Source: Eledone cirrhosa
Taxonomy: Eukaryota
Direction of reading: 5' to 3'
DNA length: 64,000 nt
Assembly: GCA_964016885.1 (NCBI GenBank)
Contig: OZ024743.1
Span: forward strand, 295,678,001 to 295,742,000
Shown one piece after another: positions 1-14,147 of the stretch (the first letter of the stretch is position 1; each line of letters opens with the position of its first letter). Made by a program: the position numbers and the translations under genes. The notes under the pieces were generated by a model. It had not been told where the DNA came from, did not search any database, and saw only the letters and a program-made list of their open reading frames with translations.

Positions 1-1129
1 TGGCTGTTTCAAGGACTGGAACTTCAAAAAATCTCTACATTTTAGCTAATCAAAGAAAAACAAGTAATGATGTTTACCCTGAAGGTCTTCATTAGGACAA
101 AGTATGAAATATATGTTCATGTATTTATTATGTTAAAAAATAAATAATTAAACTTTGAATTTCTAATTTGAAAATAATGCTTTACACAAAAATGAAATGA
201 TCAAGTTTTGAATTGATAATTTGAAAAAAATAAGAATAAGATTTAATAATGTAATTTTGATTTGATATATTACAAAAAATAACGTTTTCCAATTTTTCAT
301 GCATTACATTTTACATTGAGTAATATTGAAATGCTGAGTTTTTCTCCATAAATTATATCACTAAATTAAAATCAATCATCATTTTCTTGCAAAAAAATGT
401 GAAACGCAGCAAGGCACGGGTAATTCGGCTGGTATATACATATATATATATGTGTGTGTGTGCGTGTGTGTGTGTGTGTGTGTGTACAGGAGTGTCAGTG
501 TGGGTGGGTGTAAATATGTATATATGTATGTATGTCCGTGCATGTAAGTATGTATAGATAGACAGATAGGTAGATAGATAATGATATTGAATTGAAGAAT
601 AATGGAAATAGACACTGAAAGAAAATAGATTAAAGCGATCCTTATAGGTATGTGTGTTAATGTAGTCATACGCAAAATTATTAAAACGCAATTAAAATGT
701 TCACTAAAAAGATAGAAAATGTAAATTAGGGAGAAAGATATATGAATTAAACTGTAGTGAAACAATACCGATTAAATATATTCACAAAAGGTATGGGAGG
801 GGCAAATGAAACCAGGAAGTGGATGGAAAACGTAAAGTGGATAGAAATAAATAAAAAAGTGGAATATAAAATATAGCTTTAAAAATCACAGAATCGAAAT
901 AAAAGATTATAAAGGTGATGGGAAAGATTGATTTTACAAGATATGTATAACGAATGTGAATGTCAGAATTCCTAGAATTGTGAACCAAAATACCCTCGGA
1001 GGTTTAGTTATAATTAATGAACTTGTGAGTGCAAACTAGATTGGAGTTGATCTAATAGGTATCAAATCAGATTTGTCGTGAAAATCACCGACTGTACGTT
1101 CAGTAATATGTGTAGCGCCATGAATAATG

Positions 1130-1320
1130 GTTTCTGATTTAGGCACAAGGCCAACAATTTGGGAAATCAATTAAATCGATCGCCGTGTGTTACTGATACT
1201 ATATTATATCGAACCGGTCAGGATGAAAAGCAAATCTAATCACGGCGGGAATTGAACTTATAACGTAAAAAAATGTGACTTATATGCCACAAAGGATGTT
1301 GTCCAGCGCTCTACCGATAC
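1130..1320 (-). mobile_element. Degenerate tRNA-derived SINE (Nin/Deu-domain-like family)
   Basis: ggcacaaggcc...tatcgaaccggtcaggatgaaaagcaaa...gggaattgaact resembles the reverse complement of the copy at 20205-20395. Confidence 0.55.
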
Positions 1321-1489
1321 TACTGTGTCGGACCAAAGGTTGACAGGCTTTCATGCCTAGTTTCATGATCCACACGCTATCAAAGCTGGCGGTATTGAAT
1401 GTTCTGGTTCGTTCCCTGGTTGCGTTGAAATCTAAGTTGTCAGAACTTGATTTTACACGAAATTTATTGTATTCTGCCAGTTGTTCTAC

Positions 1490-1820
1490 ACTTTTTTTAA
1501 CAGATATTTTTTGAAACTTGCTGCAAGCTGGAATTCCTAGATTATGGGTCGAGCTGTAGTGGAGGTGTGGAGAAAAGTTTAAAAAATGTGGAGTGTTATA
1601 GACAATACCAGGCCCGCAACTCTTTAAGATTCTCTCAAATTATTGAGCATTTTTGCTATGCATCACGGAGATACACGATTCTAGATCTAACTTCGATTAA
1701 GTGCTGATCAAGTTGGATGATTCTAAAGCATTTGAGAGGGTCGATCACCGATACGTGACAGGGTTTGGTGCAAGGGATTTGGAACCAATATTCAGAGGCT
1801 AGAACACTGCAGTGTATCTT
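1490..1820 (+). pseudogene. Degraded Tx1/L1-type LINE RT fragment
   Basis: 1701-1757 translates VLIKLDDSKAFERVDHRYV, matching ALINLDQSKAFDRVDHRYL of the LINE at 58152-58859. Confidence 0.7.
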
Positions 1821-4416
1821 CTAAGTTGAGTTATCATCAGGCTTTCATTCCACGCAATCATTTTGTCGAAAGTATCCTCTACTAACATGTATTTCTTGGA
1901 TAACAACTAACCGTTGTGTTATTATATTTTCATTCTTTTTTGTATTTTATCTAATTTGTCTGTTTAATTATAAACAACAATTAGATAAACAAAGGCCTTT
2001 CATTTATACGAAACCCCTGATATTCAGTTCAAAATCTTCAGTCATTCTTACTCTAAAATGTTCTGCATACAAAATGCTAGTAAATCATAACAAACATTTT
2101 CAACTAAAAAAAAAAGAAGAAAATTAACACAAAAAAGACATTCAATATCTGTAACCTGTAAAATTTTCCAGATCACACGTCTGATGTAATTCTATCAGCT
2201 GATCCGAAAACAAATATCGAATCGAATATAAAATGAACAACGCGATTAGTTATTGCGTGAATGTTTTGTTCATGATGCCATACATCGATCTTATTCTTAA
2301 AGAATAAAACCATTTCAATACGAAATGACAACCAAAGAGAATAAAACATAGAATTAAAACAAATAACGATTTCTTTAAAAAACACATTTAAAAATATGTG
2401 CACACATAATTGTATTCAAATAAAAAGAGAACAAACTTGGGTGAATATTATTTAAAAGAATAGAATTCTCAATGAGTAATGAGTTAAAATGTTTGTGCTT
2501 TTTTGTTTGTTTTTATATTTCCATTTTTCAATTTCAACTACTTAATATTCTAAATTACTTCGAAAATACTTTTAAAACATTTTTTTTCAAATAAGAAATC
2601 CATACATTGAAATCAGTTTCTATTCACAAGTATTTAAATTTAAGTGGTGAGCCTCGACAACAGATTAATTTGAGTTCTGTGATTTATATTGCACTACATT
2701 TACAAGAAGTAAATAATTGATTGGCAAACTAAACGGATTATAGTACTTTCTGCAGACATTTAGCTATGCAAACTCTATATAGGACATAGAAATTTGAAAT
2801 AACCATAGACGCTCTTTTTCTATAACTGCAGCAACCACTTTTGTATTGACCACTATAGAACAAAAGATTATCTAACATCAATTGTATTTTCACATCCAGA
2901 AATGAAATCCTGGTACCGGCGACAGGATGAAAACTGTCAACAATTTTCCCGTTAGTTGTAACTCTTTAGACAGTTTGGCAGATATACAATTGAGTTATTT
3001 CGCGGTCTAGTGTCTCGACAATAGAATTTTATTGTGTAGCTATTCTCTTTGAATTTAAGACAAGAACCACAGGGATGTCTAGTTCAGATCAAAAACATAT
3101 AGAACAACAAAAGATACCAATACAAGTACCAATAGACATTACTGAAGTCACGACAGTATGCTTTCCTTTTCTTTGCGTATTTATTTTCTTTTAGCCCGGT
3201 TTTCTTAAATGTGATAAATCATTATAACTACTTTTAATGGCATGATGCCAAATTACATTACCTAATAGCTAGACAGAAAATGCTTAGAATAATATGGAAT
3301 TGAAAATCTACTCAGTTTCAGCAACAAAGTTAGAATAGTTGTTGACTTTGTGTTTAGTAACGGTATTTCTCTAGCACCTTACATACATACAAAATATAGT
3401 CCTCTGGACACTCTGCGCATTATGGATTAGTGGTCCACAATGTATGTGCTGTGTCTGTGCTGACACCAACATAAGGCAGATAACATCGTGAGAGTTGGGA
3501 TGGAGAAATACTCCCACTAGATACTAACAACACTCTAAAATATTATACATCAGCACAGGCGATTGGGAAACTGTGACAGCTCCTACCTATACCTCATCTC
3601 TAGAGCTACTGAAACTACAGAACAGGTGGTATTTTATTGACGAGAATTCGCATGACATCCCAATAGCTGCAGTAATAGGCCCAATGTCAATATTGTGCCC
3701 AAAACGTAGATTCCCGGTCTACCTGCATTGGCTGGACACATAGAATGACAGATGAGAATATCGCAAAAGAGACATCTGTACATCATGGATAATAGTGACA
3801 AACGTTTGTACAACTCAGGTGATATTCTCTGTCTAAACAAGATGACCAGTAATTACTTAAGCCACAGGATTTACTTCATATTTTCCCTCTTTAGAAGAAT
3901 GTATTAAAAGCAGATCGGAGTTTTTCACTCACAGTGAATATACTGCACGCTCTGTTACCAAACAGAAGGATTTCTGAGTTTAAGTGTATTGTCATAATTA
4001 TGACTAAGGAGTCGCATCTACCCTGGTTTTCAAATTGGACTGACCCATCTTCTAGACAGTCTGTCACCCTAGACTGACCTCTTCTGCCTACCCGCAGCAA
4101 CTGGTTTTAAGGTCCCAGTAACAATTTCTATGTACGGATATGGAAGATAAGAAGTTGTCCTAAATGCCTAGTTTTAAGCCTGTTTCCTGTGTAACACTGC
4201 TACATGGCTTGTCGGACTTTAAATTAATTTACTCTTTTACAAGCATGCGACGCAGGTCACTGGTTCGAAGATACATTTGTTCATCCCCTAGTTTGTATAT
4301 AAAATGAGGAAAGCTTTACTCATGATAGGATCGTAAGCCTACCAAGCATTTTTTAACCCGGCGGAGACCGTCTTTCTTCAGGTCGGAAAAAAGCCAGTTA
4401 TTTCCAGAGAAAGTAA

Positions 4417-4529
<113 letters not shown>

Positions 4530-4539
4530 AGGTATAATC

Positions 4540-4630
4540 AATTCCAGTACCTGCCTGGTAATTTATCAATTGAAAGGATGAAAGGCAAAATTGACGTCAG
4601 CAAAATTTGAAATCAGAGCGCAATGAACCT
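4540..4630 (-). mobile_element. Nin/Deu-like SINE fragment
   Basis: tttatcaattgaaaggatgaaaggcaaaattgac matches the family core in reverse complement. Confidence 0.55.
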
Positions 4631-5886
4631 AAACAAATAATTTAATCCATCGCCACGTTTTTATGTTTAGTTTGGGGGAAAACATACCACAATATACAAG
4701 TTGGCACAAACGTAAAACACCACTAGAACCACGTAAAATCGTTTATATAAAAAAGACGACAGTCCTTATGGCAAAGTGTAATTTTACTGGTGCATCACAC
4801 TGCATATGATATTAAGCGAAATAGAAGATATAAGATTGATATTTAAGTTGTTTTTTAATTAATTATATTTCATTTATTTTGTTTTAGCTAATACTCTTTC
4901 TAAATTTGGCAGAAGCCAGCCGTTTGGAACGAGAAAGTCGATTATTTTACTCTAGAAATTTAGGGGAGAAAAGACACATGTACTTGACTGGTACTTTATT
5001 TTCTCAACTTCCAGCAAAGCGAGATTTGATCTCGTAACTAAATGCAACAAAGCATTTTACTCGGTGCTCTAATGATTCTACCAAACCACCGCTTTTATAT
5101 GCAATGTTATTTCATGCACAATATTAAGTACAGTATATTATGGACTTTAGGCGTCAAGCCGATATTGAGTTGCTTTTTGAAAACGTAGCTACGATTGTGA
5201 AATCAACTCCGTGAGAAGTCTACATGGTTCGTGAATCAACGTGATCGTGAAGCAACGTGGAAAAATAATTATGTCATATAAAAATATTGAGTACCCATTT
5301 GAAATGGTTTTCCCTTACTCCCGTAGTAAGAAAAAGAAACAAGATAAAGAAATTGTATATATATGTGTGTGTATGTATATATATATGTATGTGTGTGTGT
5401 GTGTGTATGTATGTCTATACATGCATTCATCCATAAATACACATTTGCGTACATAGACACATACACACACAGACATACATAAATTCATACATACATACAA
5501 ACATACATGCATACATATATATAAATATATAACGATATACCGACGTTCAAACATACATAACATAACATACATGCCTACACCTATATATACATACACACTT
5601 GAATACATAAACTAATCAAGATGGATGGACAATAAGAAAAAAACTTTTTAAAGCTTCTTGCCAAATTGACAGAATGAATCATAATATTCGAAAAAACACA
5701 CATTGATTTTTCTAGTATTGGTAAGTGCTGAAAACCAAAGAGGATTTTCCAAATACTTCTTTTTTTGACAGTCTATTTCAATCATTTCTCCTTCAATTCT
5801 TCATTTCCCTTCGACAAAATATAGCTGAAAATAGTAAAAGATCATGGACAAGAAAATCTATCTATCAATCTTACAATCTATCTACT

Positions 5887-5980
<94 letters not shown>

Positions 5981-6327
5981 CACACACACACACACATATC
6001 TATCTATCTATATATATATATGTATATATTTGTATGTATATGTCTATGTTTGTACGTTTCTGTATTTGTATATAATATATATATATATAAACATATGCGT
6101 GTGTGTATTTCTGTGTGTCTGTATGTCCCTGTGTGTGATTGGGGGAGGGGTGATGTTTTTTCTGTACGGATCTCACTGCTTAAAATGTGAAGAAAGAGAG
6201 ATTTTGTGTATCTGATTTGCGGCAAATCCCAACTAATCATTTTTCGTCTTGAGATTCACTATATAAAAGCTGTGATTCGCTTCATTCCTCTCAGTTTACG
6301 GAATATATTTTGAGACTTTGATACAAA

Positions 6328-6353
6328 TATATTGTTATACTTTGGGAGGGTCA

Positions 6354-6396
<43 letters not shown>

Positions 6397-6640
6397 TAGT
6401 TATATAGTTATACATTGGGAGGGTCGTGCTGTTGTTTTTACTTCAATCTATTATAAACTTTCATTCTGTTAGTTTAATAACCGGATGGTTGCTTATTTGT
6501 TTATTGTCAAAGCACATTCGTCACACATTCTGTGCCCTCCTCAATGAATAATTTGTTATTTTGTGTTTCTTCTTGGTCCTGTTCTACACCATCTTGTTTT
6601 TGTAGCTGCGTGGTGTGTACGTGTCTTGCGCATTTGCTAT
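6328..6640 (-). mobile_element. Diverged copy of the pLTR 3' end of the PLE family at 7034-8478, with a decayed HHR at ~6505-6548
   Basis: attgttatactttgggagggtcatg and ttgtcaaagcacattcgtcacacattctgtg are shared with 7034-7227. Confidence 0.65.
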
Positions 6641-6939
6641 ATGCGGGTGTCTTTTTCCACATCAGTACCGGTTGAGTGAATGTCAGTGATGAGTGAATAG
6701 TGAGTCTTGAAATAGCGTTATGTGGAATTCTCGGTTGATACTGACACACTACGACGTGTTCACAGACAAAAAGAGAGAAAAATAATCTTTCGCGACTAAA
6801 ATATTTTATCTGTAATAGCGATGCTACAATGTGTATTGAAATATAAACATATAGTGTATTCTTTTATACACACCCTATTACGATTAATGTATATGTATAT
6901 ATATGTACATATGTATATATATGTACATATATATGTATA

Positions 6940-7028
<89 letters not shown>

Positions 7029-7184
7029 ATATATATTGTTATACTTTGGGGGGGTCATGTTGCCAATAAGAAACACACGCACCAGTTGCTTTCACTTCAA
7101 TTTATTATAAATGAAATTTATAAATTTAGGAATTTATAAATTTCCGGTTGGTTGGTTCCACAACCAGACGATTGTTCATATATT

Positions 7185-7227
7185 GTCAAAGTTTTTTCGT
7201 CACACATTCTGTGACCTCTTCAGTGAC
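7185..7227 (-). ncRNA. Minimal type I hammerhead ribozyme, stem III decayed
   Basis: rc: gtca CTGAAGA g gtcac agaatgt gtgac GAAA aaac TT tgac. Confidence 0.6.
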
Positions 7228-7422
7228 TGGTGATTCTTTTTTTTTTTTGTGCCTCTCCTTTGTTCTGTCCTACGCCATCTTGTTTTTGTGTGTGTTGTGT
7301 GCTTAGTTTGCGCATGTGTTACATCCGGGTGTCTGTGTGTGTTTATAATTGTTTATTTATTTGTTTATTTACATGTTACTGGTTGGTTGTTTGTTCTATG
7401 TGTGTGTGTTTTCATTTTGTCC

Positions 7423-7923
7423 TTAATTGTAAGTTGTGATGTTGCTGTTCCATTCATGTTTTCTATTTAATTTTGGTTGGAGTTCATTTATGTTTATTGC
7501 CTCTGTGATTTGTCTAAACATTGCGTCTTTCCTGTGTGTAGATTCTATTTTTATTTCTATGTTCTCTAATTTATCCTTATGTTCCATTTTAGCATGTTGG
7601 TGGAGTACAGGTGATTCTTTAATATCTTGAAGCTCTCGCCAGTGTTCATTGATCCGTTCCCCTATACTAAGAGCTGTCTCACCTATGTACACTATATTCT
7701 CATCTCTACATTGTCCTTCAGTACATCTTATGCTATATACTACATTTCTAGTTTTACAGTTAATATGGGGGCTTGATTTACAGATTATACATTTCTTATT
7801 TATACAGGGAGGTCTTTGAAAAGGGTATATATTGCTAATAAGTGTTTTCATGGAGGTACCTGGTCTTTCTACTATCTTAATATTGAGTTTATGTTTATCT
7901 AGGGCCCTAGGTAAATAGAACAT
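7423..7923 (-). CDS. PLE C-terminal fragment: Cys-rich linker plus GIY-YIG endonuclease
   Basis: CINKKCIIC linker, VVYSIRC...VYIGET, RINEH, EAININELQPKLN. Confidence 0.88.
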   Translation of the reverse strand: MFYLPRALDKHKLNIKIVERPGTSMKTLISNIYPFQRPPCINKKCIICKSSPHINCKTRNVVYSIRCTEGQCRDENIVYIGETALSIGERINEHWRELQDIKESPVLHQHAKMEHKDKLENIEIKIESTHRKDAMFRQITEAININELQPKLNRKHEWNSNITTYN

Positions 7924-8280
7924 AAGGGTAAATTAGAGAACATAGAAATAAAAATAGAATCTACACACAGGAAAGACGCAATGTTTAGACAAATCACAGA
8001 GGCAATAAACATAAATGAACTCCAACCAAAATTAAATAGAAAACATGAATGGAACAGCAACATCACAACTTACAATTAAGGACAAAATGAAAACACACAC
8101 ACACATAGAACAAACAACCAACCAGTAACATGTAAATAAACAAATAAATAAACAAATATAAACACACACAGACACCCGGATGTAACACATGCGCAAACTA
8201 AGCACACAAGACACACACAAAAACAAGATGGCGTAGGACAGAACAAAGGAGAGGCACAAAAACAAAGAAAAGAATCCCCA

Positions 8281-8323
8281 GTCACTGAAGAGGTCACTAA
8301 ATGCGTGACGAAAGAACTTTGAC
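8281..8323 (+). ncRNA. Minimal type I hammerhead ribozyme
   Basis: gtca CTGAAGA g gtcac taaatgc gtgac GAAA gaac TT tgac; stem I gtca/tgac, stem II gtcac/gtgac. Confidence 0.7.
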
Positions 8324-8532
8324 AATATATGAACAATCGTCTGGTTGTGAAACCAACCAACCAACTGGAAATTTATAAATTCCTAAATTTATAAATTTAA
8401 TTTATAATAAAATGAAGTGAAGCAACTGGTGCGTGTGTTTCTTATTGGCAACATGACCCTCCCAAAGTATAACAATATCGGTTTCAACACACCTTTTCAG
8501 ATAAAGAATCTTGCTAAACACATTCAGAAATG

Positions 8533-8595
<63 letters not shown>

Positions 8596-8731
8596 CGTCA
8601 ATTTGTCTATCAATTGGCATGTTTTGCTGATCTATATCTAAATAATGAAACACCGTGGGTGTGATTTTTGACATATGTATATATTGAAAGTGCTTTTCTA
8701 TAAATTCGGTGCATATAACCTTTCTCCTATC

Positions 8732-8792
<61 letters not shown>

Positions 8793-9083
8793 ACTCTATC
8801 TATCTATCTCCCCCTCTCTCTCTCTCTGTATATATATATTTTAACTGTTATATAGTTAGAAAAATACCTATTACATATATAATAGCGAATACATTCTACA
8901 GAAGACTCTGAACACTAACGGGGGTGATCTAAAGTATCTCTTTTGGAGACCTGCAAGACAAAGTTCTATCGATAATTTCCATATATCTCTAGCATGACAG
9001 TTTTACTTACAACGAGCCTTGCTGGGTTCAAAATGCTGATCTTGTCTTTACACACTCATTCTGTGTTCCAGTATATCCGGCTT

Positions 9084-9312
9084 GTAACCTTTAAGCATTT
9101 ACATTACTCTATATTTATTATTGTATTTTTGTGGTAAAGGATTTATCTTACATAATTATCTCACATGATATCGAATCTATGAGGTTTTGATGTTATTTAT
9201 TTTGAGAACAATAACTTAACGTCAGTATTAGGGGCCAGTTACGGTTGGTTTGAACAGAAAGAGGTGAGAGAATTCTGGTCGGATACGGCCGGTTTAAATG
9301 TTAAAGGGGGAA
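9084..9312. mobile_element. Possible degenerate MITE
   Basis: Imperfect terminal inverted repeats taacctttaagcattta / taaatgttaaagggggaa. Confidence 0.35.
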
Positions 9313-10959
9313 CGATAGGTTGGACAGCGTCTATCATGTGTAGCAGACAAATTAATTTTGAAAATTGCTGCTCTCTCTTCTTGTAATCTATAGCGAAATA
9401 TATTTTATGGTAGCGAAAAGTTTATTTCTTTTTCAACTAAACCCACGTCAGTATCTTTAAATGCAAATTAGATATTCATATGACGTTGGAGGAGTTAATG
9501 ATATTCAGTAACTCATTCCTGAAATGTGAATTGTTCACCTAAATTGGACTACTTTTGGCTAGCATTTATTGGTAAGTGGTCAGAGTTGAGCAATAGAATT
9601 TGGCCTTGGTCTAATTGGTAATTCATAGTCCGTGGGCTTTCGTCTTTGATCCTTAATGTCATTTGCTTTTATTTTATTCATTTTTCATGCATAATTTTAT
9701 TTAACATCCATTTTAATATCTTAACATTTTATTGGTGCTTCTTCTGACGCATGAAAAAGAACACCAGTCATAATACAGAAATAAAGGAACAAGAAAAATA
9801 ACAACAACCAGAAACTTAATAAATGCACCTCCTATTTTGCATGAGATGAATTCAATTCAACAATGCAAATAATACAATGCACATTGCATTGTATTATCTT
9901 CTACAACTATAACACATATCACTCAGCATACACACAACTGAATTTCAACCAAATACTATAACATAATTTACATTATACGTGTGTTTCGTAATCACCTCCG
10001 AACGGAATGAAGAATATTAAAAGAAGCAGCAGGAACATTAAAATAAATAAACAATAATTAACGAAAGAAATTCATTAATTCAACAAAATACAATAACCAC
10101 ATCAGCCCACTCCCTCGCATGACAATGCTGCACATCATGAAAATAATACAAAGCTGCAACAGGTGATGCTAGAAATCCGTCACATGAAAGTATTGAAAAA
10201 GAAACAATGATAATGATACTGGTGGTGATGTTGTTGGTGGCGTGGGTGGTAGTGGGCGTGAGTGGTGTAAAGGCTTGTGCTGCTGTTGCTGCTGCTACCG
10301 ATGAAGGTGGTGTTGCTGATACTGGTCATGCACTTATTAACTATAATAGGGAATATGGTGCTCATACTGCTGTTTTATGTGAAATTATAATTGTGTGTAA
10401 ATTATTTTAGAAAACTTCCTGGTGAAACTAATCGTATGTAGGGTGTTGTTTGGAGGGCATGAATCTCATCAACAAAATAATAAGTTTTTATCTTTTATTT
10501 CCTAACATATTTTTTTAATCTTTCTCACTCGCATTGTTTGGTTCAGTTGACAACAAAGAAAGATTCATATTGATTGTAGAACGACGTAACTTGATGCAGA
10601 AGATAACTGAGCCACATTACGTTGGATTGAAAAACTGTTGCGATTAAAACCAAATTGACAATAAACAATTAAATAGAAAATGAAAACAATACAGTACCAA
10701 GAATAAATAATTAGAAACCATCAATTGAATTGCTTCAAAGATTGTCAGAGATACCATAAATGAGCACAATAAATCTCATTATCGCATATGAATGCTGTCG
10801 TCGTCGGCGTCGTCGTCAGTATCATTGTCAGCGTCGTCGTTGGAGCCATCATCATCATTATAATCCACACAATCATCACACTCGTAATAATGATAAGCTG
10901 AAGAAGAAGAAGCAAGAGGAGAGGTTGGTGGTGATGATAATGATGATGATGAGCAAGAA

Positions 10960-11065
10960 GGGAGGAGGAGGAGGAGGAGGAGGAGGAGGAGGAGAAGAAG
11001 AAGAAGAAGAAGAAGAAGAAGAAGAAGAAGAAGAAGAAGAAGAAGAAGAAGAAGAAGAAGAAGAA
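10960..11065. repeat. (GGA)n(GAA)n trinucleotide tract
   Basis: Direct reading. Confidence 0.95.
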
Positions 11066-11169
11066 ATGGCTACTTAACGTAGCGCCAACAATAAAAACAT
11101 TCATCACACATGCCACGTGCCAAACTGCCCCGTAGATACAAACAAAAGACCATACATAAAAAAACTGAG

Positions 11170-11430
11170 CTCGCCTAATTAACAGAGGGATATTTCAAGA
11201 GGTCTCCTCTTCTGCCTTGCATTAGGCACCATTATCTGAGATTCTAAACGGGACTGGACTTGATTATAGTTGCTGTGGTAAGATTACCAACTATTGCCCA
11301 TATATGAATGCGATAAACAACTTATAACACTGTTTTAGAAAATACATAGATTCACAGAAGACATAGGCATGAAATGTGGACGAGAGAAATACGTCAAGGC
11401 AACTCTGATGAGAGGAAAACTAGGTAAAAG
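11170..11430 (+). pseudogene. Highly degraded non-LTR RT fragment (R4/Dong- or RTE-like)
   Basis: Broken-frame peptides RGIFQ, LFCLAL, PLSEILNGTGLDY, FTEDIGM resemble the GIFQGDSLSP..YMDD..FSxDIGM region. Confidence 0.5.
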
Positions 11431-11574
11431 CTTTAATTTTACGCAAAATAAATAAACTGAGATACAAGAATTATATCAAACATAGACGTAAAATATATAG
11501 GAATCAATTATTAAGAAAGGGTTCAACACATAGAGACGAAAGAAAGGAATAAGTAGGAATAATATAGCACAGAT

Positions 11575-12150
11575 ATGGGACTAGTCAGTAAGGCAATACT
11601 TAGAAACATAGTTAAGACCATTAGGACCAAGTCCAACCTGCCGCAGTGGGAGAACAGCGACTCCGTAATTAAGTGGTTTAACTCCTTAAAATTCAAAAAA
11701 GCGAAGTTCACACAGTTTGACATTGTCGATCTTTACCCGTCGATCTCAGAGACCCTGTTAAACAAAGCGCTGGACTTCGCTACCACTTATACCACCGTCG
11801 ATGGTTTAGACAGGGAAATCATCGCTCACTGCCGAAAAACCCTCCTCTTCAACGACGGAGTAGCCTGGGCAAAGAAGTCTACATCTTCAGAACTGTTCGA
11901 CGTTTCCATGGGATCGTTTGACAGTGCAGACGTATGCGACTTGGTTGGCCTTTTTATCTCAGACATTTTACGTATTAGATTCCCGGACTTCCACACGGGA
12001 ATATACCGTGACGATTGACTTACTTTATCGAGCCATAAAAGTGGTCACTACCTCGACGGTTTAAAAAAGACTTAGCTTCTACCTTCAATGAGTTAGGCGT
12101 TAGGATAACAGTAGCCACCAACTTCTCTAGCGTAGATTTCTTAGACATTA
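11575..12150 (+). pseudogene. PLE reverse transcriptase fragment (GxYRDD type, possibly Naiad-like)
   Basis: FDIVDLYPSI, SMGSFDSADVCDLVG, GIYRDD then stop; downstream VDFLDI at ~12132-12149. Confidence 0.85.
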
Positions 12151-12936
12151 ATTTATGTGTGCATGTATGTATATATATACATACTACTGTACGCCTGTAT
12201 ACATATATGTATGTACGTATACATACATACTTACATTTAAGTAAGTGCCGTACTAAGAGTGAGAAATGAAATTTCGTTTCATTCTATTCTATATATTCTA
12301 TATATGTTTTTTAATGTCAATATTTCTTTGATTTTAGTATTGTTTAATCACACCGTCAGGGTGATTATTCTATTATAGTGCATATATATATATATTTGTG
12401 TTAATATGTGTATGTGTAAATGTGTATATGTGTGTGTGTATATATGTGTGTGAGTGTGTGTGTATATATATATATATTAAATTTTATTTCTGTATTATAT
12501 ATTGCATTATATCGTATATTATATTATATGTTTTATATCTTATTTCTCGGATTATATTATTATGTTGTATTTCGAGTATTGGACATATATTGTACTTTTA
12601 ACGTGGCTATTTTAATGTTTGCTTGCTCTCTTGCCCTATAATTTATATGTACCAATGTACCCTATTAGGTTTGATATTTCTTTCCTGGATAATTTTCCGA
12701 AATATCCTTCTTTACATATTATCGGGTGTGTTATAAATTTTATAAATGTTTACCCATTAGTAATTAAGTGCCTTTTCCTAGTTACCTGAAATCTAAATAT
12801 GTCACAACATCCTAGACCTTGCCTCCTTATCCTGTTTTTATATTACCTGCATATTATATCTTATATTATATCTTTCTATTTCTCTATTCTTCTGAATTTT
12901 GGCTTGTTCTAGCCGTTGATATTTTTTGTCTTTTCC

Positions 12937-12981
12937 TTGCTCTGAAGAGTCCTAATTACTGGGACGAAACATTGTCAGCGA
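12937..12981 (+). ncRNA. Minimal type I hammerhead ribozyme followed by AATAAA
   Basis: ttgct CTGAAGA gtcc taattactg ggac GAAAC att GTC agcga; aataaa at 12981-12986; same strand and downstream of the PLE RT. Confidence 0.85.
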
Positions 12982-13129
12982 ATAAAGATTTTTAATGTAT
13001 TAAAGGCTTCTTTGTTGATTTATATAATTTTTTCGGCTCTGTTTCATAACATTGAGCTATTCTCTTGTACTGTCATTTCTCTAATGCGACGAGTGTGTTT
13101 GACTCTAATGCACTCAAGTGTTTTTATCT

Positions 13130-13213
<84 letters not shown>

Positions 13214-13341
13214 CATATATATACACATATATATACATATATATACATATATATACACATATACACACATATATATACACATATATATACACATATATAC
13301 AATATATTAACAAATGGAAACTATATTTATAAAACCATATT

Positions 13342-13407
13342 TATTTCATTATACATATTTCAAGGGCCACCAGTGCAAACTATGGTGCGCTTTCATCAGA
13401 TAAAATA
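13342..13407 (-). ncRNA. Type I hammerhead ribozyme (family shared with 33604-33667)
   Basis: rc: tattttat CTGATGA aagcgcacca...tggtggccctt GAAA tatgta TA atgaaata. Confidence 0.75.
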
Positions 13408-13589
13408 TAATATACGTTAGTTTTATAAATAAATATTGACATACCCTTAAAAAATGCAACCATTCTGGTTGGAAACTCCTGGTTTTATAAATATAGTTTC
13501 CATTTGTTAATATATTGTATATTTACTCCAATAATTTGTTATGAAATATGTTGCTTGTTGTATACCAACAAATTAAATATAACCTCTAC

Positions 13590-13705
<116 letters not shown>

Positions 13706-13742
13706 ATATAAATATATATATACATATATATATATATATGTA

Positions 13743-13776
<34 letters not shown>

Positions 13777-13801
13777 CAAACATATATATATATATATACA
13801 A

Positions 13802-13908
<107 letters not shown>

Positions 13909-14089
13909 TAAACGGAATAGAAAATGCTGACAAATTGTTCACAGTGAAAAATAGTTTAATTAGGAATAAGTGAAAATTAGTAATTGTATTGGTTAGTATT
14001 CAGTTTTGGTTTTAAGTTTTACCGGTTGCGCATTTCTAATGCTTTTCAAAAATAATTTTGAGATAGAGCGTCCGTGATGTTTGCTCTGA

Positions 14090-14143
<54 letters not shown>

Positions 14144-14147
<4 letters not shown>

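Larger units (their letters stand above)
7034..8478 (-). mobile_element. 5'-truncated Penelope-like element with inverted terminal duplication (arms ~7034-7584 and ~7918-8478)
   Basis: GIY-YIG ORF on - strand; 7918-8478 is the reverse complement of 7034-7584; (TA)n on the left and nearby on the right. Confidence 0.9.

Noticed and set aside
10745-11116. Poly-E/G/F/S ORFs
   Set aside because: Trinucleotide repeats only
12016-12018. In-frame TGA after YRDD as selenocysteine
   Set aside because: The position is normally Gly (GGA>TGA), the downstream frame is also broken, and no SECIS was seen
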